DNA of 64,000 nt from assembly GCA_964607175.1 (NCBI GenBank), contig CAZSIM010000009.1, positions 31,985 through 95,984 of the forward strand. The letters are read 5' to 3'. The DNA comes from an uncultured Fimbriimonadaceae bacterium. Its GTDB lineage: Bacteria > Armatimonadota > Fimbriimonadia > Fimbriimonadales > Fimbriimonadaceae. Within the stretch, counting starts at the first letter, position 1. Each line of letters opens with the position of its first letter. Made by a program: the position numbers and the translations under genes. The notes under the pieces were generated by a model, which saw nothing but the letters and a program-made list of their open reading frames with translations, was not told the origin of the DNA and did not search any database. This document shows, piece after piece, positions 9,129 through 18,734 of the stretch.

Positions 9129-9902
9129 CTAAGACCGAGTTTCTCTAGCCGTTTCAGAAAGCTGAAGCTCAGTGAGAGATCTAAATGCGGTCTCGTTAAA
9201 GCTCCCACTCAGGGCGTTATAGAATCGAATCGCGACATCTGCCTTCTGCCTTAAGCGAGGACTGTTTTGAACTGCTTTCCAAAAGTCGCTGTTACCCGAT
9301 AAAAGAGCTTCTGCGACCATGTTAAAGTCTTCTTCTATGCTGGCAGTCGCATACTGAGCCATAAATCCATCTGCCTGCAGGCGAGGACTAGCCTTCGTGC
9401 TTGCCGTGCCCGATCGCACCGCCATCGTGCCATCACCCAGATACTTAAATCCCGGAGGATTTGCCTGAAGCCAAGCTCGTCTATCAAACAAACTTGGATA
9501 GTTTCTTAAGAGAATTGAAGAGAACTCGTGGTGAAATGATTCTTCAAGAAACCTATCAGTAAAACCCATTTCTCGCCCTGCATTGGCAAGATAAATCGTG
9601 TCTGATGAGTTTGTGCCCCCGTAAGGAACGCCATAAAATGAAAGGCGCCGCATTACATAAACTCTTTTCAGGTTCCTCTTAAGAAGCCCTTCAGGGTACT
9701 TCTCCATCGCTCGATCGAGAATTGAAAAAGATCGATTGACTTCGCCAGCTTCAAGAGAGGAAGCGACCGGAGAAATCTCACGCACATTCCATGCGGATGG
9801 AAACATGCCGGTCCGAACGGCTGTAAAAATAGGCACTGGCAGAGTTAATGCTCCTCCTGACTGCCCCATCCATACCAGAGCCAAAACACCTGCTGCCACC
9901 AT
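9129..9902 (-). CDS. putative zinc-metallopeptidase-like protein with degenerate HExxH (paralog 2)
   Basis: Paralog of 8310-9110. FHHEFSSILL and GFMAQYATASIEEDF resemble the HHEFxHIL ... GF..YA....EDFAE pattern I recall for the Bacteroidetes 'substrate import-associated zinc metallohydrolase' family. Confidence 0.4.
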   Translation of the reverse strand: MVAAGVLALVWMGQSGGALTLPVPIFTAVRTGMFPSAWNVREISPVASSLEAGEVNRSFSILDRAMEKYPEGLLKRNLKRVYVMRRLSFYGVPYGGTNSSDTIYLANAGREMGFTDRFLEESFHHEFSSILLRNYPSLFDRRAWLQANPPGFKYLGDGTMAVRSGTASTKASPRLQADGFMAQYATASIEEDFNMVAEALLSGNSDFWKAVQNSPRLRQKADVAIRFYNALSGSFNETAFRSLTELQLSETARETRS

Positions 9903-10062
9903 ACCTTTTCCCCTCTTCTTTGTTTTCGGAATGGGGCAGGGTCGATGACAACGGGCTCGAACCCATTACAAGCAGACTTGCCAGGCAAACCCAGCAGCCC
10001 TTGCAGGTTAAGTCCGCCTGGCGGTGGCATCTTTGGCGGATTCCTGGCAAGATAGAGAGACT

Positions 10063-10854
10063 ATGCAGATTGCGGCTCAGCTTTACACCCTGCGCGACTT
10101 CACCAAGACTCGAGAAGGGCTTGTTGAATGTCTCGACAAACTTTCTGATATGGGCTACGCCGGAGTTCAAATTTCAGCGGTCGGCTGTATGGAAGGCGAA
10201 ACGCCAGAGGTGACTTCTGTCGAAGCAGGAGATCTGCTGAGAGAACGAGGTCTTGCCTGCTGTGCTTCTCATCGGCCTTTAGCCAATCTGCTGGAGAAAG
10301 TAGAAGCAGAACAGAAGTTTCATGCAGATATGGGCTGCCGCTACACGGCCATTGGCTCGCCCGGCCCAGGAATAGACATCAAGAACCCGGCAGATTGGGC
10401 CAGCCTTGCCGCAAAGATATCCCTGGCTGCCGAAGCCTTGAAGCCATACGGGCTTGCTGTCGGCTATCACAACCATGCCATGGAATGGCAGAGGCTTGGA
10501 GATGACCTTGCTCACCCCTTTGAAATCCTGCTGGCCGAAACTTCGCCGCTCGTCGAATTTGAACTGGATACTTATTGGGCAGCCTTAGCCGGACAGAATC
10601 CTGCAGTACTGATTGATAGGCTGGAGAACCGGATTTCAATGGTTCACGTTAAAGACCTTCTTCCTGTTGAGTGGAGCGTCACCTATGCTCCTGTGGGTGA
10701 AGGCAACCTCGACTGGGATTCGATCTTGACTGCCTGCGGCAGGGCTGGCACCGAATGGCTGATTGTTGAGCAGGACACCTGCTTACGAGACCCCTTTGAC
10801 TGCCTAAAATCCAGCCTTAACTTTTTAAGTCGCTGGCTGGAAGTTAAAGGTTAA
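10063..10854 (+). CDS. sugar phosphate isomerase/epimerase (xylose-isomerase-like TIM barrel)
   Basis: Starts MQIAAQLYTLRDF... and contains GYHNHAMEW and MVHVKD, typical of the AP-endonuclease-2/xylose-isomerase-like family. I prefer the internal ATG at 10063; the ORF-track start is 10024. Confidence 0.7.
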   Translation: MQIAAQLYTLRDFTKTREGLVECLDKLSDMGYAGVQISAVGCMEGETPEVTSVEAGDLLRERGLACCASHRPLANLLEKVEAEQKFHADMGCRYTAIGSPGPGIDIKNPADWASLAAKISLAAEALKPYGLAVGYHNHAMEWQRLGDDLAHPFEILLAETSPLVEFELDTYWAALAGQNPAVLIDRLENRISMVHVKDLLPVEWSVTYAPVGEGNLDWDSILTACGRAGTEWLIVEQDTCLRDPFDCLKSSLNFLSRWLEVKG

Positions 10855-11590
10855 GTCCGCCAAACTTTCTTTCTCGACTCTGGAACTGCCGGACTCCCTC
10901 CAGCAGTTCCTTTTCACTAAACTCTGGCCAAGAAACGGGCGTGACATAGAGCTCAGCGTAGGCTGCCTGCCATATAAGAAAGTTGCTCCATCTCATCTCC
11001 CCAGCGGTTCTGATCATCAGGTCAGGATCTGGAACCTGAGGGCAGTATAGATGCTCTCGAATAGATTCTTCTGTAAACTCCGAAGCGCTCAGGCTTGAAG
11101 CAGCAAGAGACTTGACCGCATCCAGAATCTCTGCCCTCCCTCCGTAATTGATAGCGAGGATAAAGGTAATGCCCGTGTTGCTTTTGGTCTCTTCCATCAG
11201 GCTGGCAAGAGAGCTTCTCAGCCATTCAGGGAGTTCATTCATTCTCCCCGCGACAAGCACACGCACATTTTCTTGAACCAGGCGTCGAAGTTCCCTTCTA
11301 GCGGCCTCGTCAATCAGCTTCATCAGCCCCCCGACTTCTTCCTCGGGTCTGCGCCAGTTCTCCGCGCTAAACCCATAGACAGTCAGATATTTAACGCCCA
11401 GTTGGTCAGCTTTAAGAAGAATTTCTTTAAGTGTCTGATACCCCTGACGATGCCCGACCAGACGGCCAAAACCTTGACGAGTAGCCCATCTTCCGTTGCC
11501 ATCCATAATGATGGCAACGTGTTCAGGAATCTTGTCCAAAGCTATTCCCATTTTCTGGGCTTTTGCTTGAATAGGATGAAGGTCAGCCAC
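10844..11590 (-). CDS. uppS: isoprenyl transferase (undecaprenyl diphosphate synthase)
   Basis: Contains HVAIIMDGNGRWA and AFSAENWRRP, plus the C-terminal RERKFG. Confidence 0.93.
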   Translation of the reverse strand: MADLHPIQAKAQKMGIALDKIPEHVAIIMDGNGRWATRQGFGRLVGHRQGYQTLKEILLKADQLGVKYLTVYGFSAENWRRPEEEVGGLMKLIDEAARRELRRLVQENVRVLVAGRMNELPEWLRSSLASLMEETKSNTGITFILAINYGGRAEILDAVKSLAASSLSASEFTEESIREHLYCPQVPDPDLMIRTAGEMRWSNFLIWQAAYAELYVTPVSWPEFSEKELLEGVRQFQSRERKFGGLNL

Positions 11591-11606
11591 TCGGTTATAT
11601 GGGAGA

Positions 11607-12167
11607 CTAAATCTCCATCAATTCCTGTTCTTTCTTCTTCTGAATATCGTGAATTTCAGCAATATTCTTATCTGTAAAGTCCTGAATTTTCTTTTCAAGG
11701 CCCTTCAAATCATCTTCCGAAATCTCTTTATTCTTTTGTAGCTTCTTCAGATGATCGTTCGCGTCTCGTCTTACGTTTCTTACGGCGACACATCCTTCTT
11801 CTGCACGGGTATGAACCTGCTTCACCATTTCCTTTCTTCTGTCTTCAGACATTTGTGGAAAGGCAAGGCGAATCTTGACTCCGTCGTTGCTTGGGTTAAT
11901 CCCTAAGTCGCTTTTCTGAATTGCCTTTTCAATTGGGCCAAGCAGGTTCTTTTCCCAAGGCTCTATCAAAAGCTGTCTTGGCTCAGGAACGCTCACGTTG
12001 CCAAGCTGAGTAATAGGAGTTTCGGAACCGTAGTAATCGACTGTGATGTCTTCCAGCATCACAGCGCTGGCTCGCCCGGATCGAATTTTCTGAAAATCGT
12101 GGCCTGTCACTTCGACAGCGTGCTTCATACGATGTTCGGCGTCTTTAAGAACTTCCTGTGCATTCAT
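11607..12167 (-). CDS. frr: ribosome recycling factor
   Basis: The 186-aa product from the internal ATG (cat at 12165-12167) reads MNAQEVLKDAEHRMKHAVE...IRSGRASAVMLEDI. The ORF-track extension to 12284 would overlap pyrH. Confidence 0.93.
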   Translation of the reverse strand: MNAQEVLKDAEHRMKHAVEVTGHDFQKIRSGRASAVMLEDITVDYYGSETPITQLGNVSVPEPRQLLIEPWEKNLLGPIEKAIQKSDLGINPSNDGVKIRLAFPQMSEDRRKEMVKQVHTRAEEGCVAVRNVRRDANDHLKKLQKNKEISEDDLKGLEKKIQDFTDKNIAEIHDIQKKKEQELMEI

Positions 12168-12169
12168 GC

Positions 12170-12898
12170 CTAAGCTTCTCCTGCGTAGACCAATGTGCCA
12201 ACTGGCTCGCCCATAACGGCGCGGGTCATAACGCCTTGGTCGTTCATATCCATTACAATAACGGGCAGACCATTTTCTTGACAAAGTGCAAATGCGGCCT
12301 GATCCATAATTCTTAACCGTTTAGACAGAGCTTCGTTAAATGAGACTTTGTCGTACTTAACGGCATCGTCGTGCTTGTTAGGATCCTTATCATAAACGCC
12401 ATCAACCTTTGTTGCTTTTAACAGACAATTGGCGTCGATTTCCAAGGCCCTCAGCGCGGCGGCAGAATCGGTTGTGAAATAGGGGTTGCCAGTGCCAGCC
12501 ACAAACACAACGACTCGGCCCTTTTCCAGGTGCCTTATAGCGCGTCGCTTAATAAATGGCTCGCATACAGCATTAATGGAAATGGCGCTCTGAACACGGC
12601 AGGCAACTCCTGCATTTTCAACTGCGCTCTGAATAGCCAGGCCGTTGATAACGGTCCCCATCATTCCCATCTGGTCAGCAACGCTGCGTTCAACGCTGGC
12701 GGTGCTGGAAAGAGTTTCACCGCGAAGAAAGTTGCCTCCCCCCACCACGATGGCCACTTGGACCCCGAGGATGTGAAGTGCGGCTACTTCCTTCGCGATA
12801 TAACTGAGCGTACCGGCATCCAAGCCGAATCCCGTTCCACCAGCTAGAGCTTCTCCGCTGACCTTCAGCAGGACTCTTTTGTAAACCGGTTCGCTCAT
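12170..12898 (-). CDS. pyrH: UMP kinase
   Basis: Reads KRVLLKVSGEALAG...VVGGGNFLRG. It has the conserved position between tsf and frr. Confidence 0.95.
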   Translation of the reverse strand: MSEPVYKRVLLKVSGEALAGGTGFGLDAGTLSYIAKEVAALHILGVQVAIVVGGGNFLRGETLSSTASVERSVADQMGMMGTVINGLAIQSAVENAGVACRVQSAISINAVCEPFIKRRAIRHLEKGRVVVFVAGTGNPYFTTDSAAALRALEIDANCLLKATKVDGVYDKDPNKHDDAVKYDKVSFNEALSKRLRIMDQAAFALCQENGLPVIVMDMNDQGVMTRAVMGEPVGTLVYAGEA

Positions 12899-12904
12899 TT
12901 TGGC

Positions 12905-13771
12905 TTAGCCTCCCACCTTCAAAAGCTGGGCGGCGGCCACTGCAGCAGATCCGCCGCCGGCCTTAGCCTGCTCGGCAACATAATCTGCGGTCTTCTTCTT
13001 GGCATCCATGTAGAAGGGCTGTTCCAACAGAACTGCGCTCTGGTAGTACTCCTTCTGCACACGGCCTTCTGCCACCTTGCGGGCGACTTCAGGATTCTTG
13101 CCTTCGTTCACGGCTCTTTCAATTTCGATAGCAATCTGCTTCTCAACTTCTTCAGTCGGAACGTCTTCTCTCTTCAAATAAGCAGCCGGGAAGGCCACGG
13201 TCTGAATAGAGACCTGCATGCCAGTTTCAGCCAGGTTGGAGGCATCACCCGCCAGAAGGGTAAAGGCAGCAGCCTTGCCCGTATGGTGGTTATAGACTCC
13301 AATTCCGCCAGGAGCTGGGGCAGCAGCCACAACAGCCTTACGGAGCTGAATGTTTTCTCGGATCTTGGCGACAGCCTCTTCCATATAGGTTTGGAGGGTC
13401 TTGCCATTCACCTCGGATGAGCCGTCGAGCACGACGACTTCGCCAGCAGCAGGACTGATGCTTTCAGCAAGTCCGGCAGCCAGTTCTTCTACCATTGTGC
13501 GGAAATCCGCATTGTTGGCAACGAAGTCAGTTTCACATTCGACGACAATGCCGGCCACCCTGCTTCCATCAGCGGAAACAGCGGCTCGGGCATAGCCTTC
13601 GCTGGTGTCTCTACCAGCCCTTTTCGCGGCGGCAGCCTGACCCTTCTTGCGAAGGATTTCGACAGCCAGCTCAACGTTGCCTTCGGCTTCTACGAGGGCC
13701 TGCTTGCACTCCATAATAGGTGCGTCAGTAAGCTCTCGCAGCTTTTTAACGTCTGCAGCGGTCACGGTCAT
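12905..13771 (-). CDS. tsf: translation elongation factor Ts
   Basis: N-terminal UBA-like VKKLRELTDAPIMECKQALVEAEGNVELAVEILRKKG. Confidence 0.95.
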   Translation of the reverse strand: MTVTAADVKKLRELTDAPIMECKQALVEAEGNVELAVEILRKKGQAAAAKRAGRDTSEGYARAAVSADGSRVAGIVVECETDFVANNADFRTMVEELAAGLAESISPAAGEVVVLDGSSEVNGKTLQTYMEEAVAKIRENIQLRKAVVAAAPAPGGIGVYNHHTGKAAAFTLLAGDASNLAETGMQVSIQTVAFPAAYLKREDVPTEEVEKQIAIEIERAVNEGKNPEVARKVAEGRVQKEYYQSAVLLEQPFYMDAKKKTADYVAEQAKAGGGSAAVAAAQLLKVGG

Positions 13772-13774
13772 TTA

Positions 13775-14668
13775 TTAGTTCTCCTCTGTAGGGACAGCTT
13801 CTTCGACGACTGGTGCCTCAGCAGCAGCAGCTTCAACAGCCGGAGCAGCGACCTGCTCAGGAACTGCCTCGCCAATGCTTCTGAGGAAGTCAAGTTCGAC
13901 CTCACCAAACACGACGCCGCCTCCATCATCTTCACCTTCGACAGCAGCCTCACCTTCTGAGGTAATGCCTTCGGCGATGATTGAATCGACGGGCCTGACT
14001 TCGAGAATCGCCTCGCTTACCTTCTGGGTTACCAGTCGGATAGCGCGGATGGCGTCATCGTTGCCAGGAATCACATGGTCGCAGTCATCGGGATCGCAGT
14101 TAGTGTCAACCACGGCCACGATCGGAATCTTGAGCCTTCGCGCTTCGGCGACAGCGATTGATTCCTTGTTGAGATCGACAATGAAAAGGCAGGCTGGCAT
14201 GGCGCTCATAGTGCGAATGCCTTCAAAGTAGCGGCCAAGTTTGGCCCGCTCTTCGCGTCTCTTCAAAGCTTCCTTCTTAGGAAGACGCTCCATGTAGCCT
14301 TCTTCTTCCATTCGGTCTAGGTCGTTAAGACGCCAGATCCTTTTCTGAATGGTGTCCCAGTTGGTGAGCATTCCGCCCAGCCATCTTTCAGTGACAAAAT
14401 ACTGGCCCGATTTAAGGGCAGCTTCTCGCACTGCGGCCTGAGCCTGCTTCTTCGTTCCGACGAACAGCACCGATCCTCCGTCCTGAACAATCCTCTGAAC
14501 ATAGTTCAGGGCGTCTTCGAACAGCTTGATCGTCTGATGCAGGTCTAGAATGTAGATGCCGTTGCGGGCCCCATAGATGTATCTCTTCATCTTGGGGTTC
14601 CATCGACGGGTTTGATGCCCGAAGTGGACGCCCGCCTCCAGCAGTTCCTTCATGCTGATTTGAGGCAT
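13775..14668 (-). CDS. rpsB: 30S ribosomal protein S2 (with about 60-aa acidic/Ala-rich C-terminal tail)
   Basis: Reads [28 protein letters not shown] chose the internal ATG at 14668, which has aaggaaa upstream. The ORF-track start is 14707. Confidence 0.93.
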   Translation of the reverse strand: MPQISMKELLEAGVHFGHQTRRWNPKMKRYIYGARNGIYILDLHQTIKLFEDALNYVQRIVQDGGSVLFVGTKKQAQAAVREAALKSGQYFVTERWLGGMLTNWDTIQKRIWRLNDLDRMEEEGYMERLPKKEALKRREERAKLGRYFEGIRTMSAMPACLFIVDLNKESIAVAEARRLKIPIVAVVDTNCDPDDCDHVIPGNDDAIRAIRLVTQKVSEAILEVRPVDSIIAEGITSEGEAAVEGEDDGGGVVFGEVELDFLRSIGEAVPEQVAAPAVEAAAAEAPVVEEAVPTEEN

Positions 14669-14918
14669 GGTGTTTATTTTCCTTTTTGGGTTTTTTCCTC
14701 CAGCCAAGGTGGGAACCGCCGCCCTTGTTTAAGCACTGCTTAGCAGAACTCTTAAACAACCCTGGGGCGCACCCGGCTGTGTGTATTCTCCAAACGAGTC
14801 ATTATGGCGGGAAAGGGTCGTTTAAGTTGGGCCGAGGTCCCCAGGACTGGCCTTAAGGAAAACTACAAGCCACGACAAAGCTGCACAAGTGCATACAATG
14901 TAGTTCCTCAGCCAAAAT

Positions 14919-17387
14919 GTGCAGAGACCAATGAATTGCTTGCGTGCATTGACGCGTGCGGCTAAAGGCTTGGCGGGGGTGCTGTTCTGTGCTCTCTTTG
15001 CCATGTCTGGAGCCCAAGGGCCAGGGGCTCCGACGCAGACGCCCCCCTCAGCAGCCAACCCCCTTACCCTCAGGATGGTGGTTTGGGACGGCGAAGAGGC
15101 GCTTGTCGCCCTAAAAGAAGCAGTCAAGGGTTTCGAAAAAGCACATCCCCACCTAAAGGTTGACCTCCAATCTGTCGCTTTCGATTCCTATTTCAGCAAG
15201 CTGCTGGCACAATACGCCGCCAACATTGCCCCCGATGTGGCAATGATGGGACCAGACCAATTTCAGCGGTTCTCTTCAAAAGGCGTTCTTATGCCTTTGA
15301 ATGAGTTCTATGATGATGTCCCTGGCTTCAGCATTGATGCTTACTATAAAGAGATTGTCGATGCCTGTTCCATCGACAGCAAGCTCTATGTTCTGCCGCG
15401 CGATATTGCCCCGATCACAGTTATTTACTACAACAAAAAACACTTTCGTGATGCCGGACTTCCAGAACCCACCGGCGACTGGACATGGGACTTTAAGATT
15501 CGCCCCGAACTAAGGGAAAAAGACTTTCTATGGGTTCTTGAAAAGCTTAGAAAAAAGAACGACAAGGGAAAAACCGTTCAATGGGGCTACGCGCCAGCCT
15601 GGCAGGGCCTCTGGACAGAAACCATGCTTTTCAGTCTTGGGCTCAGCACTGTCGATGACCACAAGGCCCCGACCAAAGTCAAAATTGGCGAACCCGAAGT
15701 CTACAAAGTCTTTCAGTACTCTGCCGACCTTGCCCTTAAGATGGATCTCATGCCAAGTGGTGTTGCTGTCGCTTCATCACTTGAAACCAATGCCAGGGCC
15801 ATGTTCACCAAGCAAAAGGTCTCCATGTTCCACTCAGGAATTTGGGAGGTGCCCAACATGCGGAGGGATCTTAAACCAGGCACTCCCGGCTTCTTCGAGT
15901 GGGATATCGCCATGGCACCTGGCTTTGCTGACGGCGGCAAAGGCTTCCCTACTGGCGGATCTGGCTACGGAGTTGTCAGCCAGACAAAGCACCCCAAAGA
16001 AGCTTGGCTTCTGACTCAATGGATGGCGGGTGAGCCAGGCATGACAGCAATGGCTAAGGCCGGATTAGCCCAGCCAGCCATATCCAAACTTGCCCAAGAA
16101 GAACCCTGGATTCCCGGGCCTCACACTCCTGCTGACCAAAAGTATCCGGCAAATCGAATCATCACTCATACTTCGGTGCCATTCGTAAAATTCGGAATCT
16201 CGGCGCCTTACATGGCCGACGTCATTTCGATCATGAACCAGCCATACAGCCTGGTTTACGATGGCATCAGTCCCGCAAAGACTGAGCTTCCCCGCTTTGC
16301 CAAAATCGCCCAAGATAGGCTTGATTACCTTCTAAAACAAGAAAGCCTTCCTCAGTTCAACTGGACAATTGGCATTGGCATTGGCATTGCCCTTTTAGCT
16401 CTGCTGCTGAGCTGGATTTACTGGCCTGAACTCAAACGCCCTCGCCGACGAACGCTAAGAGAAAGAAAAGAAAACCTGGCAGGCTACGCTTTTATCATGC
16501 CCTGGCTGATTGGGATGCTGGCCTTTACTGTCGGGCCCATGATTCTCAGCCTGCTCATGAGCTTTGCAGACTGGGACATAGTTGTTGATGCCAGGTGGCG
16601 AGGATTCGGCAACTTCCAGGAAGCCTTTTACATGGATCCCACTTTCTGGCCATCCATTAAAGTCACGGTCATTTACACCCTTGTCTCAGTGCCGCTAGGC
16701 GTTATCGGTTCGCTTGCTCTGGCCCTGCTGCTCAACACCAAAGTCTGGGGAATGCCTCTTTGGAGAACCTTCTATTACATTCCTTCAATATCCAGCGCTG
16801 TTGCTGCGGCCATGATTTGGCGGCAGGTTTTCCGCCCGAAAGACGGCCTTTTGGATACGATGATCTTTGGCCCGGATGGCAGATGGGATGAATCACCCCT
16901 TGCCAAGCTTTTTGGACCGCTAGTGACAGACCCGGGTCAGGTCAACTGGCTGACAAGCGAGAAAACAGCCCTTGCCTCGCTGATCGTAATGTCCTTATGG
17001 GGCATAGGCGGAGGCATGGTCATCATGCTGGCTGGCCTGCAGGGCGTGCCCGGCCACTACTACGAAGCGGCCACCTTGGATGGAGCCGGACCATGGCGCA
17101 AGCTGATGAATGTGACCTTGCCCCTTATCAGCCCAACCCTTTTCTTCAGCCTTATCACAGGCTTTATCGGCAGCTTTCAAGCCTTTACAGGAGCTCTGCT
17201 GCTGACAGGCGGCGGTCCCAACAACGCAACAATGTTCAACATGCTGCACGTGTACAACAATGCTTTTGTCGGGCTTAGAATGGGCTATGCTTCAAGTCTT
17301 GCCTGGGTGCTCTTTGTCATTATTCTAGTCTTTACATTAGTTCAGCTTTATATGAACAGATTCGTCCATTACGAGGGGGGCAAATAA
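14919..17387 (+). CDS. sugar ABC transporter: extracellular solute-binding protein (family 1/CUT1-like) fused to MalF-type permease
   Basis: Single 822-aa ORF. It has a signal peptide, then an SBP-like domain of about 440 aa (LRMVVWDGEE...). An extra TM helix (WTIGIGIGIALLALLLSWIYW) and a basic cytoplasmic loop (ELKRPRRRTLRERKEN) follow. The rest is a 6-TM permease with the EAA loop (EAATLDGAGPWRKLMNVTLPLISP). Confidence 0.8.
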   Translation: MQRPMNCLRALTRAAKGLAGVLFCALFAMSGAQGPGAPTQTPPSAANPLTLRMVVWDGEEALVALKEAVKGFEKAHPHLKVDLQSVAFDSYFSKLLAQYAANIAPDVAMMGPDQFQRFSSKGVLMPLNEFYDDVPGFSIDAYYKEIVDACSIDSKLYVLPRDIAPITVIYYNKKHFRDAGLPEPTGDWTWDFKIRPELREKDFLWVLEKLRKKNDKGKTVQWGYAPAWQGLWTETMLFSLGLSTVDDHKAPTKVKIGEPEVYKVFQYSADLALKMDLMPSGVAVASSLETNARAMFTKQKVSMFHSGIWEVPNMRRDLKPGTPGFFEWDIAMAPGFADGGKGFPTGGSGYGVVSQTKHPKEAWLLTQWMAGEPGMTAMAKAGLAQPAISKLAQEEPWIPGPHTPADQKYPANRIITHTSVPFVKFGISAPYMADVISIMNQPYSLVYDGISPAKTELPRFAKIAQDRLDYLLKQESLPQFNWTIGIGIGIALLALLLSWIYWPELKRPRRRTLRERKENLAGYAFIMPWLIGMLAFTVGPMILSLLMSFADWDIVVDARWRGFGNFQEAFYMDPTFWPSIKVTVIYTLVSVPLGVIGSLALALLLNTKVWGMPLWRTFYYIPSISSAVAAAMIWRQVFRPKDGLLDTMIFGPDGRWDESPLAKLFGPLVTDPGQVNWLTSEKTALASLIVMSLWGIGGGMVIMLAGLQGVPGHYYEAATLDGAGPWRKLMNVTLPLISPTLFFSLITGFIGSFQAFTGALLLTGGGPNNATMFNMLHVYNNAFVGLRMGYASSLAWVLFVIILVFTLVQLYMNRFVHYEGGK

Positions 17388-17389
17388 TC

Positions 17390-18280
17390 ATGCAGCTCGA
17401 CAAAAATTCCCAAGCTGCCATCTACGCCAAAGCGGCCAAAAAAGGCCAGGCTGTCAGCACCATAGGCCGCATTGTCACTCTGGCAATCCTCTTCGGAGGC
17501 ATTGTGCTGATGCTTCTGCCTCTTTACGTTATGATTGTAATGGCTCTGAAAACTCAGGCCGAAATGGGCACAACCGACATCTGGTCTTGGCCAAACGCTC
17601 CAACTTTTGATAACTTTAAGGAAGTTCTTGGCAATACAAATCTCAACTTTGCCCTCTTCTTAAAGAACACAACTATCATTACAGTCCTCAGCACAGCAGG
17701 CGTGCTGTTCAGCTCTGCTGTTGTCGCCTACGGTTTTTCACGATTGGAATTTGCCGGCAAGAACCGACTCTTTTTGGTTCTGCTCGCCACCATGATGCTG
17801 CCGGGAATCGTCACCATGATTCCAACTTATGTCATGTTTGCCAAGATCTATTGGGTGGATACCTTTCTGCCCTTAACAGTACCGGCATGGCTTGGCGGAG
17901 GAGCATTTAACATCTTTCTTCTCCGCCAGTTCTTCCTTTCCATTCCTAGAGATCTTGATGAGGCAGCAATTTTGGATGGCGCCAGCCATTGGACGATCTT
18001 TAGCAAAGTGATTCTTCCCCTCTCTGGCCCCGCTTTGGCAACTGTCGGGCTTTTCAGTTTTATTGGGTCATGGAAGGACTTTATGGGTCCACTCATCTAC
18101 CTAAACGACGCCAGCAAGCTGACATTAGAAGTCGGCCTGCGAGCCTATGCGGGCTATCAGGCGGAAAGATGGCACCTTGTCATGGCCGGATCTGTGCTGG
18201 TCATGATTCCCATCATCATCCTCTTCTTTGTTGGACAGAGGTGGTTTGTCAAGGGCATCGTTATGACGGGTCTTAAATAA
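17390..18280 (+). CDS. carbohydrate ABC transporter permease (MalG-like)
   Basis: EAA loop DLDEAAILDGASHWTIFSKVILPLSGPAL. The gene starts 2 nt after the preceding stop. Confidence 0.9.
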   Translation: MQLDKNSQAAIYAKAAKKGQAVSTIGRIVTLAILFGGIVLMLLPLYVMIVMALKTQAEMGTTDIWSWPNAPTFDNFKEVLGNTNLNFALFLKNTTIITVLSTAGVLFSSAVVAYGFSRLEFAGKNRLFLVLLATMMLPGIVTMIPTYVMFAKIYWVDTFLPLTVPAWLGGGAFNIFLLRQFFLSIPRDLDEAAILDGASHWTIFSKVILPLSGPALATVGLFSFIGSWKDFMGPLIYLNDASKLTLEVGLRAYAGYQAERWHLVMAGSVLVMIPIIILFFVGQRWFVKGIVMTGLK

Positions 18281-18300
18281 AACCCTTATCGGATGCGGAT

Positions 18301-18338
18301 GCTTTATGTTCTGCTGCTTAGGCAGGAGAACATAAAGC
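18301..18338. terminator. hairpin between convergent genes (terminator-like, no clear U-tract)
   Basis: gctttatgttctgctgc / gcaggagaacataaagc, with 16 of 17 positions paired and loop ttag. Confidence 0.4.
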
Positions 18339-18358
18339 ATATTCAGGAAAAATCTTCT

Positions 18359-18661
18359 TCAAACAGCCAGCGCATCGGCTCTTCGTGCCAACTCAAAATC
18401 CCACTCAGTGATTCCACCCGCATCATGGGTCGAAACAGCAAAGGTGACTTTTTGCCATCCGATGGTCAAGGTGGGATGATGATCCAGCTCTTCGGCCACT
18501 GCGGCGACTGCCACGGCAAACTCAACGCCTCTCAGATAAGTATCAAATACAAAGGTCCTGCAAAGCTGCCCAGACTCAGTTTCCCAGCCCCTAAGGTCCC
18601 CTAAAGCGGCCCTCAGTCCCTCATCTGTCAGCTTCTCCCTGCTTAGTTGGCTCATAATCAC
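18359..18661 (-). CDS. phhB: 4a-hydroxytetrahydrobiopterin dehydratase (pterin-4-alpha-carbinolamine dehydratase)
   Basis: 100 aa. The pattern ...GW....L.RTFVF..Y...VEFAVAVAAVAEELDHHP....W..V....STHDAGGIT..D is the PCD/DCoH signature. Confidence 0.85.
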   Translation of the reverse strand: MIMSQLSREKLTDEGLRAALGDLRGWETESGQLCRTFVFDTYLRGVEFAVAVAAVAEELDHHPTLTIGWQKVTFAVSTHDAGGITEWDFELARRADALAV

Positions 18662-18734
18662 TTTTCCAGCTTTTACGATTCTACGCCTTCTACAGCATCC
18701 GCGCAGAAACCTACAAAGCTAGGGAGACATAATT

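Noticed and set aside
9935-10030. tRNA-like fragments in the 160-bp gap before the sugar isomerase gene. The minus strand reads gggttcgagccc (T-arm-like) and the plus strand reads ggttaagtcc.
   Set aside because: I could not fold either into a cloverleaf. The T-stem pairs only 3 bp, the second T-loop lacks a base, there is no matching acceptor stem or anticodon arm, and no CCA context. It is most likely chance similarity. A tRNAscan or Infernal run would settle it.
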